This document shows, one piece after another, positions 30,769 through 41,459 of a stretch of 64,000 nt of DNA. Both the position numbers and the translations under genes were made by a program. Source of the stretch: an uncultured Bacteroidota bacterium (GTDB taxonomy: Bacteria > Bacteroidota > Bacteroidia > AKYH767-A > JABDAW01); assembly GCA_903844645.1 (NCBI GenBank), contig CAIMUP010000013.1, positions 1,428 to 65,427 on the forward strand, in the 5' to 3' direction. Below the pieces are notes generated by a model, which saw only the letters and a program-made list of their open reading frames with translations, was not told the DNA's origin and ran no database searches. Each line of letters begins with the position of its first letter. The stretch's first letter is position 1.

Positions 30769-32100
30769 ATGTTTGATAATCTAAGTGATAAGCTCGAAAG
30801 AGCATTCAAAGTCCTGAAAGGGCATGGTAAAATCAGCGAATTAAATGTCGCCGAAACCACCAAAGAGATACGGAAAGCATTGCTCGATGCCGATGTTAAT
30901 TATAAAGTAGCCAAAACCTTCACCGACACGGTTAAAGAGAAGGCATTAGGACAGAATGTGCTCACTTCCCTGACTCCCGGGCAGCTGTTAATCAAGATAA
31001 CTCACGATGAACTTGCCAATCTAATGGGCGGCGAGATGCAAGAGATCAATATGAAGGGTAGCCCTACGGTTATCCTGATGTCGGGCTTGCAAGGAAGTGG
31101 TAAAACGACGCTCTCCGGTAAGCTCGCGTACTATTTAAAGAACAAAAAAGGCAAAAGCCCTATGATGGTCGCCTGCGATGTCTATCGTCCTGCCGCTATC
31201 ACCCAATTAACCGTGCTGGGAGAACAAATAGGCGTCCCTGTTTACTCTGAATTAGAGAATAAAAACCCTGTAGACATCGCCAGGAATGGTATCAAAGCCG
31301 CGAAAGATAAAGGCTGCAACGTAGTCATCATTGATACCGCCGGTCGCCTCGCTGTTGATGAACAAATGATGGCAGAAATCGTCGCCATTAAGTATGCTAT
31401 CAACCCCAGCGAAATACTTTTTGTCGTAGATGCGATGACCGGGCAAGATGCAGTGAATACGGCTAAAACATTCAATGATAGATTAGACTTCGACGGTGTC
31501 ATCTTAACCAAATTAGATGGTGATACTCGCGGCGGAGCAGCCTTATCTATCAAAACCGTAGTGAATAAACCCATCAAGTTCGTCGGAACTGGCGAAAAGA
31601 TGGATGCACTCGAGCCGTTCTATCCCGCGCGGATGGCAGACAGGATACTCGGCATGGGAGATATTGTATCGTTGGTCGAACGTGTGCAAGATCAGATCAG
31701 CGAAGAGGAAGCCGATGCCATGACGAAGAAGATGATGAAGGGAGAACTAACCTTTGCCGACATGCTTTCGCAGATAAATCAGGTAATGAAGATGGGGAAT
31801 ATCAAAGAACTGGCATCCATGCTGCCCGGCGTAGGCAAACAGTTGAAGAATGTGGATATTAGTAATGAAAAGTTTAAGCCTGTTATCGCCATCATACAAT
31901 CCATGACTCCCGATGAACGCAATTGCAAGGTGAAGTTAGACACACGCCGCAAAAGCAGGATAGCAAAGGGCAGCGGCACCACTCCCACCCAAATGAATGA
32001 TTTGATAGCATCCCTCGACAATGCTAAAAAGCAAGCCAAGATGATGACCTCCCCTCAAAACATGAGGAACATGGAGAACATGATGAATAGGAAAAGGTAA
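30769..32100 (+). CDS. ffh: signal recognition particle protein Ffh
   Basis: NG domain with 'GLQGSGKTT', 'DTAGR', 'TKLDGDTRGG' G-motifs; Met-rich C-terminal M-domain. Confidence 0.95.
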   Translation: MFDNLSDKLERAFKVLKGHGKISELNVAETTKEIRKALLDADVNYKVAKTFTDTVKEKALGQNVLTSLTPGQLLIKITHDELANLMGGEMQEINMKGSPTVILMSGLQGSGKTTLSGKLAYYLKNKKGKSPMMVACDVYRPAAITQLTVLGEQIGVPVYSELENKNPVDIARNGIKAAKDKGCNVVIIDTAGRLAVDEQMMAEIVAIKYAINPSEILFVVDAMTGQDAVNTAKTFNDRLDFDGVILTKLDGDTRGGAALSIKTVVNKPIKFVGTGEKMDALEPFYPARMADRILGMGDIVSLVERVQDQISEEEADAMTKKMMKGELTFADMLSQINQVMKMGNIKELASMLPGVGKQLKNVDISNEKFKPVIAIIQSMTPDERNCKVKLDTRRKSRIAKGSGTTPTQMNDLIASLDNAKKQAKMMTSPQNMRNMENMMNRKR

Positions 32101-32103
32101 TTC

Positions 32104-34497
32104 TTATGCCTTATTCAAGGCAACGATAGCATCGTAGATGTCCTCGGTATTAGGCTTCGAGAAATAATCTCCATCAGAGCCGTAAGCAGGACGATGCGGG
32201 TGCGAAGTCATAGTTATTGGCGCAGCATCGAGGTAGCGATAACCATTCTGGAGTTCCAAAACTTGTTGCATCATATAAGCAGTGGCGCCACCAGGTACAT
32301 CTTCATCGAGAAAGAGAATCTTGTTCGTCTTTTTAAGGGAGTTCACAATGCTGCCGTGTATATCAAAAGGCAAAAGAGATTGTACATCTATCAGTTCGCA
32401 GGAGATATTGGCTTGTTGCAGTTGCTTCACGGCATCTTGTGCAATGCGACACATCGAACCATAAGTAACTATGGTAATATCACTACCCTCGCAAAGGATT
32501 TCAGGAACACCTATCGGGACTTTATAATCACCAAGATTGCTTGGAAGTTTCTCCTTCAAACGATAGCCATTTAATGGCTCGATAATAAGGCACGCATCGT
32601 CAGAAGCAAGCATGGTATTGTAGAAACCAGCAGCTTGCGTCATGTTGCGAGGCACTAAAATATAGATGCCACGCAGTGCATTAATAATCATACCCATTGG
32701 GGAGCCGGAATGCCATATCCCTTCCAGCCGATGACCTCTTGTTCTGATGATAACAGGTGCTTTCTGACCACCTTTGGTACGGTATTGCAGCGTGGCGAGA
32801 TCATCGCTAAGGATTTGTATTGCGTAAAGCAAATAATCAAGATACTGTATCTCGGCAATAGGTCTCAAACCCCGCATGGCAAGCCCTATTCCCTGCCCTG
32901 CAATAGTCGCTTCACGAATGCCGGTATCGGTAACTCGTATCTCGCCATATTTTTCTTGCATACCAGCAAATCCTTGGTTCACATCGCCTATCTTTCCGAG
33001 GTCTTCACCAAATGCAAGGACGAGCGGATTGTTCTTAAAGATAACATCGAAGTTGGCTTGCAGAATTTCACGACCATCCATCATTGGGGCATCATCGTTA
33101 TAGGTAGCCTTCACTTCTTTAATGTTTAATGCAGCATCTTTTGATTGGCTATGAAGATAGGAATTGTATCTATCGGAGTTCTGTTCTTTGGCTTTGTTAT
33201 TCCATTTTGTTAAAGCATCTTTTGCAACACTGTTTTCATTCTCTATTAATCTCAAAACCTTCTTTACAGAGGACATTACTTCTCTCCGAGATGGATCAAT
33301 GAAGGTGGTGAGTTCATTCTTTATCTTATTAATGAAAGCCGCATTGATACTGGCTTTCGCAATGTCATCAAAGAGAGAACTTATCTCTGCTATCTCTGCT
33401 TTTATGGGATTATTAAAGTCTTCCCAAGCCTTCTTTTTGCATTCTAAGACATACCTCTTTGCATCATATTCTATAGTATGTAATTCTTCTTCTGTAGCGA
33501 TGGTATTTGCGAGTATCCATTCCTTAAACTTCTTGATGCAATCGAAATCTTCTTCCCATGTAAGCCTGTCTTTTCCTTTATATCTTTCATGAGAGCCTGA
33601 TGTCGAATGCCCCTGTGGCTGTGTCATCTCTTGCACATGGAAGATGGCAGGGATATGTTGCTCCCGACAGATGGCAATACCCTTCTCATACATCTCGCAG
33701 AGTGCTGCATAGTCCCAACCTTTGCAGGTGTAGATGTAATATCCATCCTTATCATCGGTCTTTTCAAAGCCTTTGAGGACTTCTGATATACTGTCTTTCG
33801 TGGTTTGATATTTACGCGAAACAGAGATACCATAACCGTCATCCCAAATAGAAATAGCCATCGGAACTTGCAACACTCCGGCTGCATTAATGGTTTCATA
33901 AAAGATTCCTTCACTCGTGCTGGCATCTCCTATGGTGCCAAAAGCAACTTCATTTCCATCAATAGAAAAGTCGGTATAAGGTTTTAATTCAGGATTGTTT
34001 CGATAGATCTTTGAGGCATACGCAAGCCCTAATAATCGTGGCATCTGGGAGCCTGTGGGAGATATATCGGCAGAGGAATTCTTCATCGCAGTCAATTGTT
34101 TCCAGCTTCCATCAGAGTTTAATGACCTCGTTCCGAAGTGTCCATTCATGCTTCTGCCTGCTGATGCCGGCTCCAATTCTACTGAAGGATTGGCATATAA
34201 TTGTGCAAAGAATTCGGTGATGGAATACTGCTTGATGGCGAACATAAAGGTCTGGTCGCGGTAATATCCCGAACGAAAGTCGCCATCCTTGAAAGCCTTT
34301 GCCATCGCGACTTGTGCCAACTCTTTTCCATCGCCAAAGATGCCGAACTTAGCCTTGCCGGTAAGCACTTCTTTTCTTCCCAAGAGGCTTGCTTGCCGGC
34401 TTTCATTCACTAATTTATAATCCTCTAAAACGGTCTTCTTAAATTCGTCGAACGACAGATCTTTGGTCGCCTCTTTTACTTTATTTTCCTTAGCCAT
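32104..34497 (-). CDS. 2-oxoacid dehydrogenase E1 component, fused alpha+beta subunits (TPP-dependent, transketolase-like)
   Basis: 797 aa: the N-terminal half has the TPP-binding E1-alpha fold; the C-terminal half has the E1-beta pyrimidine-binding domain ('LGEDLGKIGDVNQGFAGMQEKYGEIRVTDTGI') and transketolase C-terminal domains. Confidence 0.8.
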   Translation of the reverse strand: MAKENKVKEATKDLSFDEFKKTVLEDYKLVNESRQASLLGRKEVLTGKAKFGIFGDGKELAQVAMAKAFKDGDFRSGYYRDQTFMFAIKQYSITEFFAQLYANPSVELEPASAGRSMNGHFGTRSLNSDGSWKQLTAMKNSSADISPTGSQMPRLLGLAYASKIYRNNPELKPYTDFSIDGNEVAFGTIGDASTSEGIFYETINAAGVLQVPMAISIWDDGYGISVSRKYQTTKDSISEVLKGFEKTDDKDGYYIYTCKGWDYAALCEMYEKGIAICREQHIPAIFHVQEMTQPQGHSTSGSHERYKGKDRLTWEEDFDCIKKFKEWILANTIATEEELHTIEYDAKRYVLECKKKAWEDFNNPIKAEIAEISSLFDDIAKASINAAFINKIKNELTTFIDPSRREVMSSVKKVLRLIENENSVAKDALTKWNNKAKEQNSDRYNSYLHSQSKDAALNIKEVKATYNDDAPMMDGREILQANFDVIFKNNPLVLAFGEDLGKIGDVNQGFAGMQEKYGEIRVTDTGIREATIAGQGIGLAMRGLRPIAEIQYLDYLLYAIQILSDDLATLQYRTKGGQKAPVIIRTRGHRLEGIWHSGSPMGMIINALRGIYILVPRNMTQAAGFYNTMLASDDACLIIEPLNGYRLKEKLPSNLGDYKVPIGVPEILCEGSDITIVTYGSMCRIAQDAVKQLQQANISCELIDVQSLLPFDIHGSIVNSLKKTNKILFLDEDVPGGATAYMMQQVLELQNGYRYLDAAPITMTSHPHRPAYGSDGDYFSKPNTEDIYDAIVALNKA

Positions 34498-34679
34498 TGC
34501 CTTTTAATTATGAAATGCAAAAATAGAAAAATTATGTTTCATTAAACAAATGCTACCAAGAATTGTATTCCTTTTATTGTTGCTCCCCAAAGGTCGCAAT
34601 CATAAAAGGAACGTAATGAAACATTTATTTTCCGCCAATTAGGATTCCCTCAAAGCGCATTAATACCCCTATTTTTCCC

Positions 34680-34866
34680 AATGTACACGTGTACAATTCG
34701 TCCTGCAACTGTGTCGGAGGCAATGTTCGGTGTACTTTGCCCCAACACAGTTGTGTTTGCCAATTCTACATGTGTACTATTGGCAAACACAGTTACTTTT
34801 GCAGAAGTACACGTGTAGAATTGGCAAACACAACTGTGTTTGCCAAATGTACACGTGTACATTCAA
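34680..34866. promoter_or_regulatory. cluster of alternating perfect palindromes (TGTACACGTGTACA and TTGGCAAACACAACTGTGTTTGCCAA) in a divergent promoter region
   Basis: A 14-bp perfect palindrome at 34682-34695 and again at about 34849-34862 with degenerate copies between; a 26-bp perfect palindrome at 34821-34846 with half-copies at 34745-34764 and 34781-34795; GTGTAC cores about 41 bp apart. Confidence 0.6.
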
Positions 34867-35028
34867 AATCGCCTTATAAAATCACCCTTTTCTGTTTAAT
34901 CAAATGAAACAAAGGATGCCAATCGGGTAGAATCACTCCTTATATATAGGTGTATTATTCGTTTTCTCTTTTCGGGGAATGCCGCCTTTCATCCTTTTAT
35001 CCCTATTTTTAGTATTTTCGCCCCTCGT

Positions 35029-35292
35029 ATGGCAAGATTTATCCTTATATTATTGATTATTTACGTCCTCTTCCGATTGTTTCGGCGGAGTATCTTTGTA
35101 TATACCGTCAATTCGTTTCAGAATAAGATGGAAGAACAAATGCGGAAACAACAACAACAACAAAAGAAAGAATATCAACAACAACAACGCCAAACAAATG
35201 GTAAAACCAAAGTCGAATTCATCCCTCCCGAGAAAAATAAACGCCCCCACGATACCGATGGTGAATATGTGGATTACGAAGAAATAAAATAA
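35029..35292 (+). CDS. small membrane-anchored protein, DUF4834-like
   Basis: 87 aa; N-terminal TM helix 'FILILLIIYVLFRLF' then a Gln/Lys/Glu-rich tail. The family call is from memory. Confidence 0.4.
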   Translation: MARFILILLIIYVLFRLFRRSIFVYTVNSFQNKMEEQMRKQQQQQKKEYQQQQRQTNGKTKVEFIPPEKNKRPHDTDGEYVDYEEIK

Positions 35293-35323
35293 CCGACTTC
35301 CCTTTTATAAAACAAGATATAGT

Positions 35324-37846
35324 ATGAATAAAAACCTCAAAAACCAACTGATAAAACACGCATTAGTAGTTATGGGATTCATCGCCATAACGATGATTTA
35401 CTTCTCCCCATTGATGGAGAACAAAGAACTGAAACAAGGCGATATAGACCACTGGTATGGCGGCGCAAAAGAGATTCTCGATTTCCGCAAAACACACAAT
35501 GCAGAAGCCCTCTGGACGAACTCCATGTTCGGCGGAATGCCAGCCTATCAAATCTCGGTGCTGTATCCCTCAAACCTGATACAGTATGTGAATAAAGCAC
35601 TGACTTTCGGCATCCCGAACCCCGCAAATTATATGTTTTTATACTTCCTCGGCTTCTATCTTTTGCTCTTGGTCATGAAGATAGATTGGCGGCTTGCGGC
35701 ATTAGGAGCTATTGCGTTTGGGCTGTCGTCTTATCTAATAATCATCATCGAAGCAGGGCATAATACCAAGGCAGAGGCAGTAGGATATATGGCTCCCGTA
35801 CTGGCAGGCATCATCCTGACCTATCGCGGAAGATTCCTGATAGGCGGGGCATTAACAGCATTGGCGATGGCGTTGGAAATTAATTCAAACCATCCGCAAG
35901 TAACGTATTATTTGTTCATGATTATCGGATTGATGCTCGCCGTACAACTTTATACCACCTGGAAAGAGAAGGCATGGAAAACTTTTATCACTGCATCAGG
36001 AATTGTAGGCGTGGTAACGGTATTGGCAGTGCTGACCAGCATCACAAGCCTCTGGGCAACGGCAGATTATGGCAAATATTCCACCCGTGGACAGAGCGAG
36101 TTGGCAGCTAAGAAATCATCTACTGGATTGGATAGGGATTATGTCTTCGGATGGAGCTACGGTAATGCCGAAGCATGGACGTTGTTGGTATCTAATTTCA
36201 AGGGTGGAAGCAGTTCCTGGCCCCTCGGTAAAGATGAAAGTACGTTAGAGAAAGTAAGTCCTAATTACCGTCAAAACATTGCGCAATTCCCTTCTTACTG
36301 GGGCGATCAGCAGTTCACCTCCGGTCCGGTGTATGTCGGGGCGATCATTTGTTTTCTGTTCTTCTTAGGATTATTAATAGTGGATGGGAATGACAGGTGG
36401 TGGTTGCTCGGAGCGACTATCCTTTCTATCGTATTGGCATGGGGAAAGAATTTTCCGGCATTTAATTATTGGATGTTCGATCACTTTCCGGCATACAACA
36501 AGTTCCGTTCGGTAACCATAGCATTAATCATTGCCGAGTTTGCGATGCCGATATTGGCTATCCTCGCATTAAATAAAATACTTAATACCCCGAAATTATT
36601 AGAGACAAAACGTAAGCAATTATTCATCGGGATGGGCGTGGCATTGGGGATAACCATTCTCATCGCCGTATCGCCAACCATGTTTGGGGATGTATATAAA
36701 GCCAACGAATACGAACAACTGAAAGGCGAGATTAAAAAACAAGGAGCGAACGATACCCAAGCCGTCGAGTTCTTGGATAATATCGAGATTGCGCGTAAGG
36801 CGGTGCTGTCTGCCGATGCGTGGAGGAGTTTTATATTTATTGCCCTGGCATGCGGGATGATATATGCCTTTACCCGATTCAAATTCAAGAAAGAATACCT
36901 GATAGTGGGCGTAGGATTATTGATAGTTGTAGATTTATGGGCGGTAGATAAACGGTATTTGAATGATAAGGATTTCGTGGAGGTGAAACATGCCGGAGTG
37001 CCGTACGAACCGCATAAGGTGGATCAGGAAATCCTGAAAGATCCTTCGCCGAATTATAGGGTGATGAACTTGCAAGACCCCTTCAACGATGCCCGAACGA
37101 GCTACTTCCATAAATCTATCGGGGGGTATCACGGAGCTAAATTGAAGCGCATCAAAGAACTCATTGATTACCGCCTCGACCCGGAAGTACAGATGATAAT
37201 AGCCTCCTTCAAATCGAAAGATCCGGCAACGATTGACAGAGCTATCGCGAGTGCCACGTGCATCAATATGCTGAATGGAAAATATATTATCTATAGCCAG
37301 GATGCCCCGCCGTTGCCGAATCAACATGCGTTGGGGAATTGCTGGTTTGTGAAGAACTTCAAGATGGTTGCCAATGCCGATTCAGAGATTAATGCTATGG
37401 GGACTTTCGACCCTGCTACATCTGCCGTGGTTGATCATCGGTTCATGCCTTTGGTGGAGGCAATTCATCCTATGTTTGATTCCACGGCGACCATTAAATT
37501 AACCAGCTATCAACCCAATGATTTGAATTATGAATCTAAAGCATCCACAGAGCAACTCGCCGTCTTCTCCGAGATATACTTCGATGGGGGCTGGAATGCT
37601 TATATTGACGGGAAGCTGACCCCTTACTTCCGCACCGATTATTTATTGCGGGGCATGAGTGTTCCGGCAGGGTCGCATAAGATAGAATTCAAGTTTGAGC
37701 CGACACTTTATTCCACTGGGGAACATATTTCCTTGGTCAGTTCCTTGCTATTATTAATCCTGGTGGGCGGGGTTTCCTTCAAATTCATCAAAGAAAAATT
37801 GGCAGAACCAGAGCCGCAATCACAGCCCAAGGCGATGAAGAAATAG
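35324..37846 (+). CDS. YfhO-family polytopic membrane protein
   Basis: 840 aa; N-terminal multi-TM domain, large extracytoplasmic C-terminal domain and final TM helix, matching YfhO architecture. Confidence 0.7.
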   Translation: MNKNLKNQLIKHALVVMGFIAITMIYFSPLMENKELKQGDIDHWYGGAKEILDFRKTHNAEALWTNSMFGGMPAYQISVLYPSNLIQYVNKALTFGIPNPANYMFLYFLGFYLLLLVMKIDWRLAALGAIAFGLSSYLIIIIEAGHNTKAEAVGYMAPVLAGIILTYRGRFLIGGALTALAMALEINSNHPQVTYYLFMIIGLMLAVQLYTTWKEKAWKTFITASGIVGVVTVLAVLTSITSLWATADYGKYSTRGQSELAAKKSSTGLDRDYVFGWSYGNAEAWTLLVSNFKGGSSSWPLGKDESTLEKVSPNYRQNIAQFPSYWGDQQFTSGPVYVGAIICFLFFLGLLIVDGNDRWWLLGATILSIVLAWGKNFPAFNYWMFDHFPAYNKFRSVTIALIIAEFAMPILAILALNKILNTPKLLETKRKQLFIGMGVALGITILIAVSPTMFGDVYKANEYEQLKGEIKKQGANDTQAVEFLDNIEIARKAVLSADAWRSFIFIALACGMIYAFTRFKFKKEYLIVGVGLLIVVDLWAVDKRYLNDKDFVEVKHAGVPYEPHKVDQEILKDPSPNYRVMNLQDPFNDARTSYFHKSIGGYHGAKLKRIKELIDYRLDPEVQMIIASFKSKDPATIDRAIASATCINMLNGKYIIYSQDAPPLPNQHALGNCWFVKNFKMVANADSEINAMGTFDPATSAVVDHRFMPLVEAIHPMFDSTATIKLTSYQPNDLNYESKASTEQLAVFSEIYFDGGWNAYIDGKLTPYFRTDYLLRGMSVPAGSHKIEFKFEPTLYSTGEHISLVSSLLLLILVGGVSFKFIKEKLAEPEPQSQPKAMKK

Positions 37847-37950
37847 GTTGAATATTTCATTCCAAAAGAAAGCCCTCCCGACATAAAATTGGGAGGGCTT
37901 CTTTTTTTAGCTAAAAGGACGATTTGGGAAGCCCGAAAAATTTTTCCGCT

Positions 37951-38202
37951 ATGAATATCTTTTGCTTCGGGATGAATATCCTTTGCTTCGGGATGAATAT
38001 CCTTTGCTTCGGGATGAATATCCTTTGCTTCGGGGTGAATATCTTTTGCTTCGGGGTGAATATCTTTTGCTTCGGGATGAATATCCTTTGCTTCGGGATG
38101 AATATCCTTTGCTTCGGGATGAATATCTTTTGCTTCGGGATGAATATCTTTTGCATCGGGATGAATATCTTTTCATCCGGCTTCAATACATTTTCATCCC
38201 GG
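37951..38202. repeat. 21-bp tandem repeat, 12 copies (unit ATGAATATCCTTTGCTTCGGG, variant ATCTTTTGCTTCGGGGTGA)
   Basis: 'ATGAATATC' begins at 37951, 37972, ..., 38161, exactly 21 bp apart. Confidence 0.92.
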
Positions 38203-38398
38203 GTTAATGTCTTACATGAACTTTTCCCCGTTATAAAACCCGATTTGGAGGGGTAAAAAGGGAGGTTTTTGGAAATTCTCCACCCTCCATTTCCCACTTT
38301 TAAGTCTCCATTCCCCATTTTCCATTCCCCATTCTTTTTCCATTGTCAGGAAATTTTATAGTTTTGCCCGCCTAACACTAAAATTATATCATAAAATA

Positions 38399-40354
38399 AT
38401 GAAAAAAATAGCAGTAAATTTTTTAATCTTAACCATCGCGATAGTAGCTACCATCGCCCTCAAAGCCCAAGGCAATGACCCGTTATTAATTACCATCGGG
38501 AATGAAAAAATCACCAAGTCGGAGTTTGAAAAGGTCTTCCGCAAAAACAACAGCAAAGGCAACCCGTCAGATCAAAAAGCCGCTGCCGATTACCTTGAAC
38601 TGTTCGTCAATTATAAATTGAAGGTCAAGGAAGCCTGCGAAATCGGGATGGATACCGCCAGCACCTTCGTAGCCGAATTGCAGGGATATAAAAAACAATT
38701 GTCCACCCCCTACCTCGTGGATAAAGAAGTTACCGACAAGCTCATGCACGAGGTTTATGACCGCATGAAAAAAGATGTTCATGCCGCCCATATCCTTTTC
38801 AAATGCCCCTCCGATGCGTTGCCCAAAGATACCCTTGAGGCTTATAACAAGGCGATGACGGTACGTATCCATTTAATAAAAGGAGAAGATTTTGCAAAGG
38901 CAGCACGCGAGAACTCTGACGATCCTTCTGCCAAAGAAAATGGCGGAGATTTAGGATATTTCTCTGCCATGCAAATGGTTTATCCGTTTGAATCAGCCGC
39001 CTTCAATGCCAAGGTAGGCGAGGTTTCGATGCCTACCCGCACTAAATTTGGTTATCATTTAATAAAAAAATTAGACGAACGGAAAGACCCGGGAGAAGTA
39101 ACCACGGCACACATCATGGTCAAGATAGCCAAAGATGCGAAGCCTGAAGATTCGACCAAAGCAGCGCAGAAGGTTGCGGAATTAGTTCAGAAATTAAAAG
39201 ATGGCGGCAACTTCGAGGAACTCGCCAAACAATATTCTGATGATGGCGGATCGAGCAAAAATGGCGGCGTTTTGCCAGCCTTCAAAACAGGTCGCATGGT
39301 TCCGGAGTTCGAGGCAGCAGCATTTAATTTGAAGAACAAAGGCGACATATCGGATCCCGTTCGGACTTCTTATGGCTGGCATATAATAAAATTAATCAGC
39401 CGTAAAGACATCGGCAGCTACGACGAAATGCAAACCGAATTGAAAGCCAGTATTGGCAAAGATTCGCGGTCAGAGGTCAGCAAGTCGTCCATGATTGCGA
39501 AGATTAAAAAAGAATATAATTTTAAACAAGACACCAAGACCCGCGATGAGTTTTTTGCTGTTTCCGATTCATCATTGATTAATGGCAAGTGGACTTCTGA
39601 TAAAGCCGAAAAACTGACAAAAACCATGTTCACCTTAGGCGATAAACAATTTACCCAAAAGGATTTCGCGACCTACATCGTTGCCCACCAAACGGCACGG
39701 AAGAATACCACGCCCCAAGCTATCGTGAACGGCATGTATGAATCTTATGTCAGCGAATCCGCGATGACTTACGAGGAGAATCGGTTAGATGTCAAATACC
39801 CTGAATTTAAAGACCTGATGCAAGAGTACAAGGACGGCATCCTCCTTTTTGATTTGACCGATAAAAAAGTATGGTCCAAGGCTGTCAAGGATACTGTCGG
39901 CATGAAAGAATATTATGAAAAGAACAAAATAAAATACCAGTGGGGCGAACGCGTACAGGCTACCATCTACAATTGTTCTTCCGAAGAAATGACCGGAAAA
40001 GTACGGGAGTTAATCAAGAAGAAAACATTGAGCAACGACTCTATCTTGGCTATCATAAACACCACCTCCCAGTTGAATCTTTCTATCAAGGAAGGGAAAT
40101 ATTCCAAGGGCGATAATCAGTTTGTTGATTCCATCAAATGGCAGAAAGGATTGTCGCCGAATGTTGTTTCCGGCAAGTCCTTTGTCTTTGTGGATGTGAA
40201 AGAAAAGCTCGCCGCCACCGGTAAAACATTGGAGGAAGCAAAAGGACTTGTTACCGCCGATTATCAGGCAGCTTTGGAGAAAGAATGGATCGCTACATTG
40301 CGAGCCAAATTTCCATTTACGGTCGATCGGAACGTGTTGGCAACGATTAAATAG
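38399..40354 (+). CDS. peptidyl-prolyl cis-trans isomerase, parvulin (PpiC) type, SurA-like
   Basis: Signal peptide; two parvulin domains ('HAAHILFK...GGDLGYFSAMQMVYPFESAAF' and 'NGGVLPAFKTGRMVPEFEAAAF...GWHIIKL'). Confidence 0.8.
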   Translation: MKKIAVNFLILTIAIVATIALKAQGNDPLLITIGNEKITKSEFEKVFRKNNSKGNPSDQKAAADYLELFVNYKLKVKEACEIGMDTASTFVAELQGYKKQLSTPYLVDKEVTDKLMHEVYDRMKKDVHAAHILFKCPSDALPKDTLEAYNKAMTVRIHLIKGEDFAKAARENSDDPSAKENGGDLGYFSAMQMVYPFESAAFNAKVGEVSMPTRTKFGYHLIKKLDERKDPGEVTTAHIMVKIAKDAKPEDSTKAAQKVAELVQKLKDGGNFEELAKQYSDDGGSSKNGGVLPAFKTGRMVPEFEAAAFNLKNKGDISDPVRTSYGWHIIKLISRKDIGSYDEMQTELKASIGKDSRSEVSKSSMIAKIKKEYNFKQDTKTRDEFFAVSDSSLINGKWTSDKAEKLTKTMFTLGDKQFTQKDFATYIVAHQTARKNTTPQAIVNGMYESYVSESAMTYEENRLDVKYPEFKDLMQEYKDGILLFDLTDKKVWSKAVKDTVGMKEYYEKNKIKYQWGERVQATIYNCSSEEMTGKVRELIKKKTLSNDSILAIINTTSQLNLSIKEGKYSKGDNQFVDSIKWQKGLSPNVVSGKSFVFVDVKEKLAATGKTLEEAKGLVTADYQAALEKEWIATLRAKFPFTVDRNVLATIK

Positions 40355-40405
40355 CAATAAATCGCTGGGCTTGTCGTTAGCTTTTCTTAATCCAATAGAA
40401 CTACA

Positions 40406-41251
40406 TTGTTCAGAATCATTTTTTGCTGCTTAATCATTTCTCTGATGACCTCCTGTTCCTATTTCAAACATAACGACGGCAATGCCGCTGTGGCAAAGGC
40501 TTTCGATGCTACTTTGAATCGGGCTGATGTCGCGGGATTGGTGCCGAAGGGCAGCTCCAAACAGGATAGTGTGATGATAGTGAAGAGCTATATTGACTCT
40601 TGGATTCGGAAGGAATTGGTATTAAGAAAAGCCGAGAAAAACCTCTCCGATGAGGCGAAGGATGTAGAGAAACAATTGGCAGATTATAAGAATTCTTTGA
40701 TAATTTATGCTTATGAAAAGGAACTGGTTCGCCAGCAATTAGATACCACGGTGAAGGATGCGGAGATCGAAAAATATTACAACGAGCACCAGGGAAATTT
40801 TGAATTAAAGGATAATATTATCAAGGTTTTGTACCTTAAATTACCGAAGACTGCGCCGAGACTTTATACCGTGAGGCAATGGTATAAATCCTCCAAGGCG
40901 AATGACCGGAAGTCGCTTGAGGACTATGCGCATCAGTATGCCGTGAATTATTATTTCGATGATAATTCGTGGTTGCAATTCGATGATTTATTAAAAGAAA
41001 TTCCGATTAAAACCTACGATAAAGAGCAGTTCTTGAAGAACAACCGGTATGTCGAAATCGAGGATTCGATGAATCTGTATTTCGTCAATATCAACGGCTT
41101 CAAAACTAAGGAAAGTACCTCGCCGCTCTCGTTTGAAAAGGATAATATCAAGAGCATTATTATCAATAAAAGGAAGCTGAAATTGATTGAGGATATGGAG
41201 AAAAAGGTGTACGACGAGGCGGTGAAGGGCAGCGATTTCAAGATTTATTAA
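40406..41251 (+). CDS. lipoprotein, SurA N-terminal-domain-like (hypothetical)
   Basis: Lipobox 'LMTSCS'; 281 aa; located between two PPIase genes. Confidence 0.45.
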   Translation: MFRIIFCCLIISLMTSCSYFKHNDGNAAVAKAFDATLNRADVAGLVPKGSSKQDSVMIVKSYIDSWIRKELVLRKAEKNLSDEAKDVEKQLADYKNSLIIYAYEKELVRQQLDTTVKDAEIEKYYNEHQGNFELKDNIIKVLYLKLPKTAPRLYTVRQWYKSSKANDRKSLEDYAHQYAVNYYFDDNSWLQFDDLLKEIPIKTYDKEQFLKNNRYVEIEDSMNLYFVNINGFKTKESTSPLSFEKDNIKSIIINKRKLKLIEDMEKKVYDEAVKGSDFKIY

Positions 41252-41284
41252 TAAAATGGACAAAAAGATGCTTTTTCTATTAAA

Positions 41285-41445
41285 TACGACTACAATGATG
41301 CCGTCATCTCCTACAATGATAGCGTCATCTACTACAATTATGCCGTCATCTACTACAATTATGCCGTCATCTACTACAATGATGGCGTCATCTACTACAA
41401 TTATGCCGTCATCTACTACAATGATGGCAACTTCGACTACACATT
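41285..41445. repeat. 21-bp tandem repeat, about 7.5 copies (unit GCCGTCATCTACTACAATTAT/GAT)
   Basis: 'CGTCATCT' occurs at 41302, 41323 and 41344+21k. The array fills the gap between the 40406 gene (stop 41251) and the 41460 gene. Confidence 0.92.
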
Positions 41446-41459
41446 TATTACATTAATTC

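Noticed and set aside
38280-38345. Short CCATTCCCC direct repeats upstream of the PPIase cluster
   Set aside because: Only 3-4 imperfect copies of a 9-10-bp motif are present; they are more likely a low-complexity promoter region than a distinct element.
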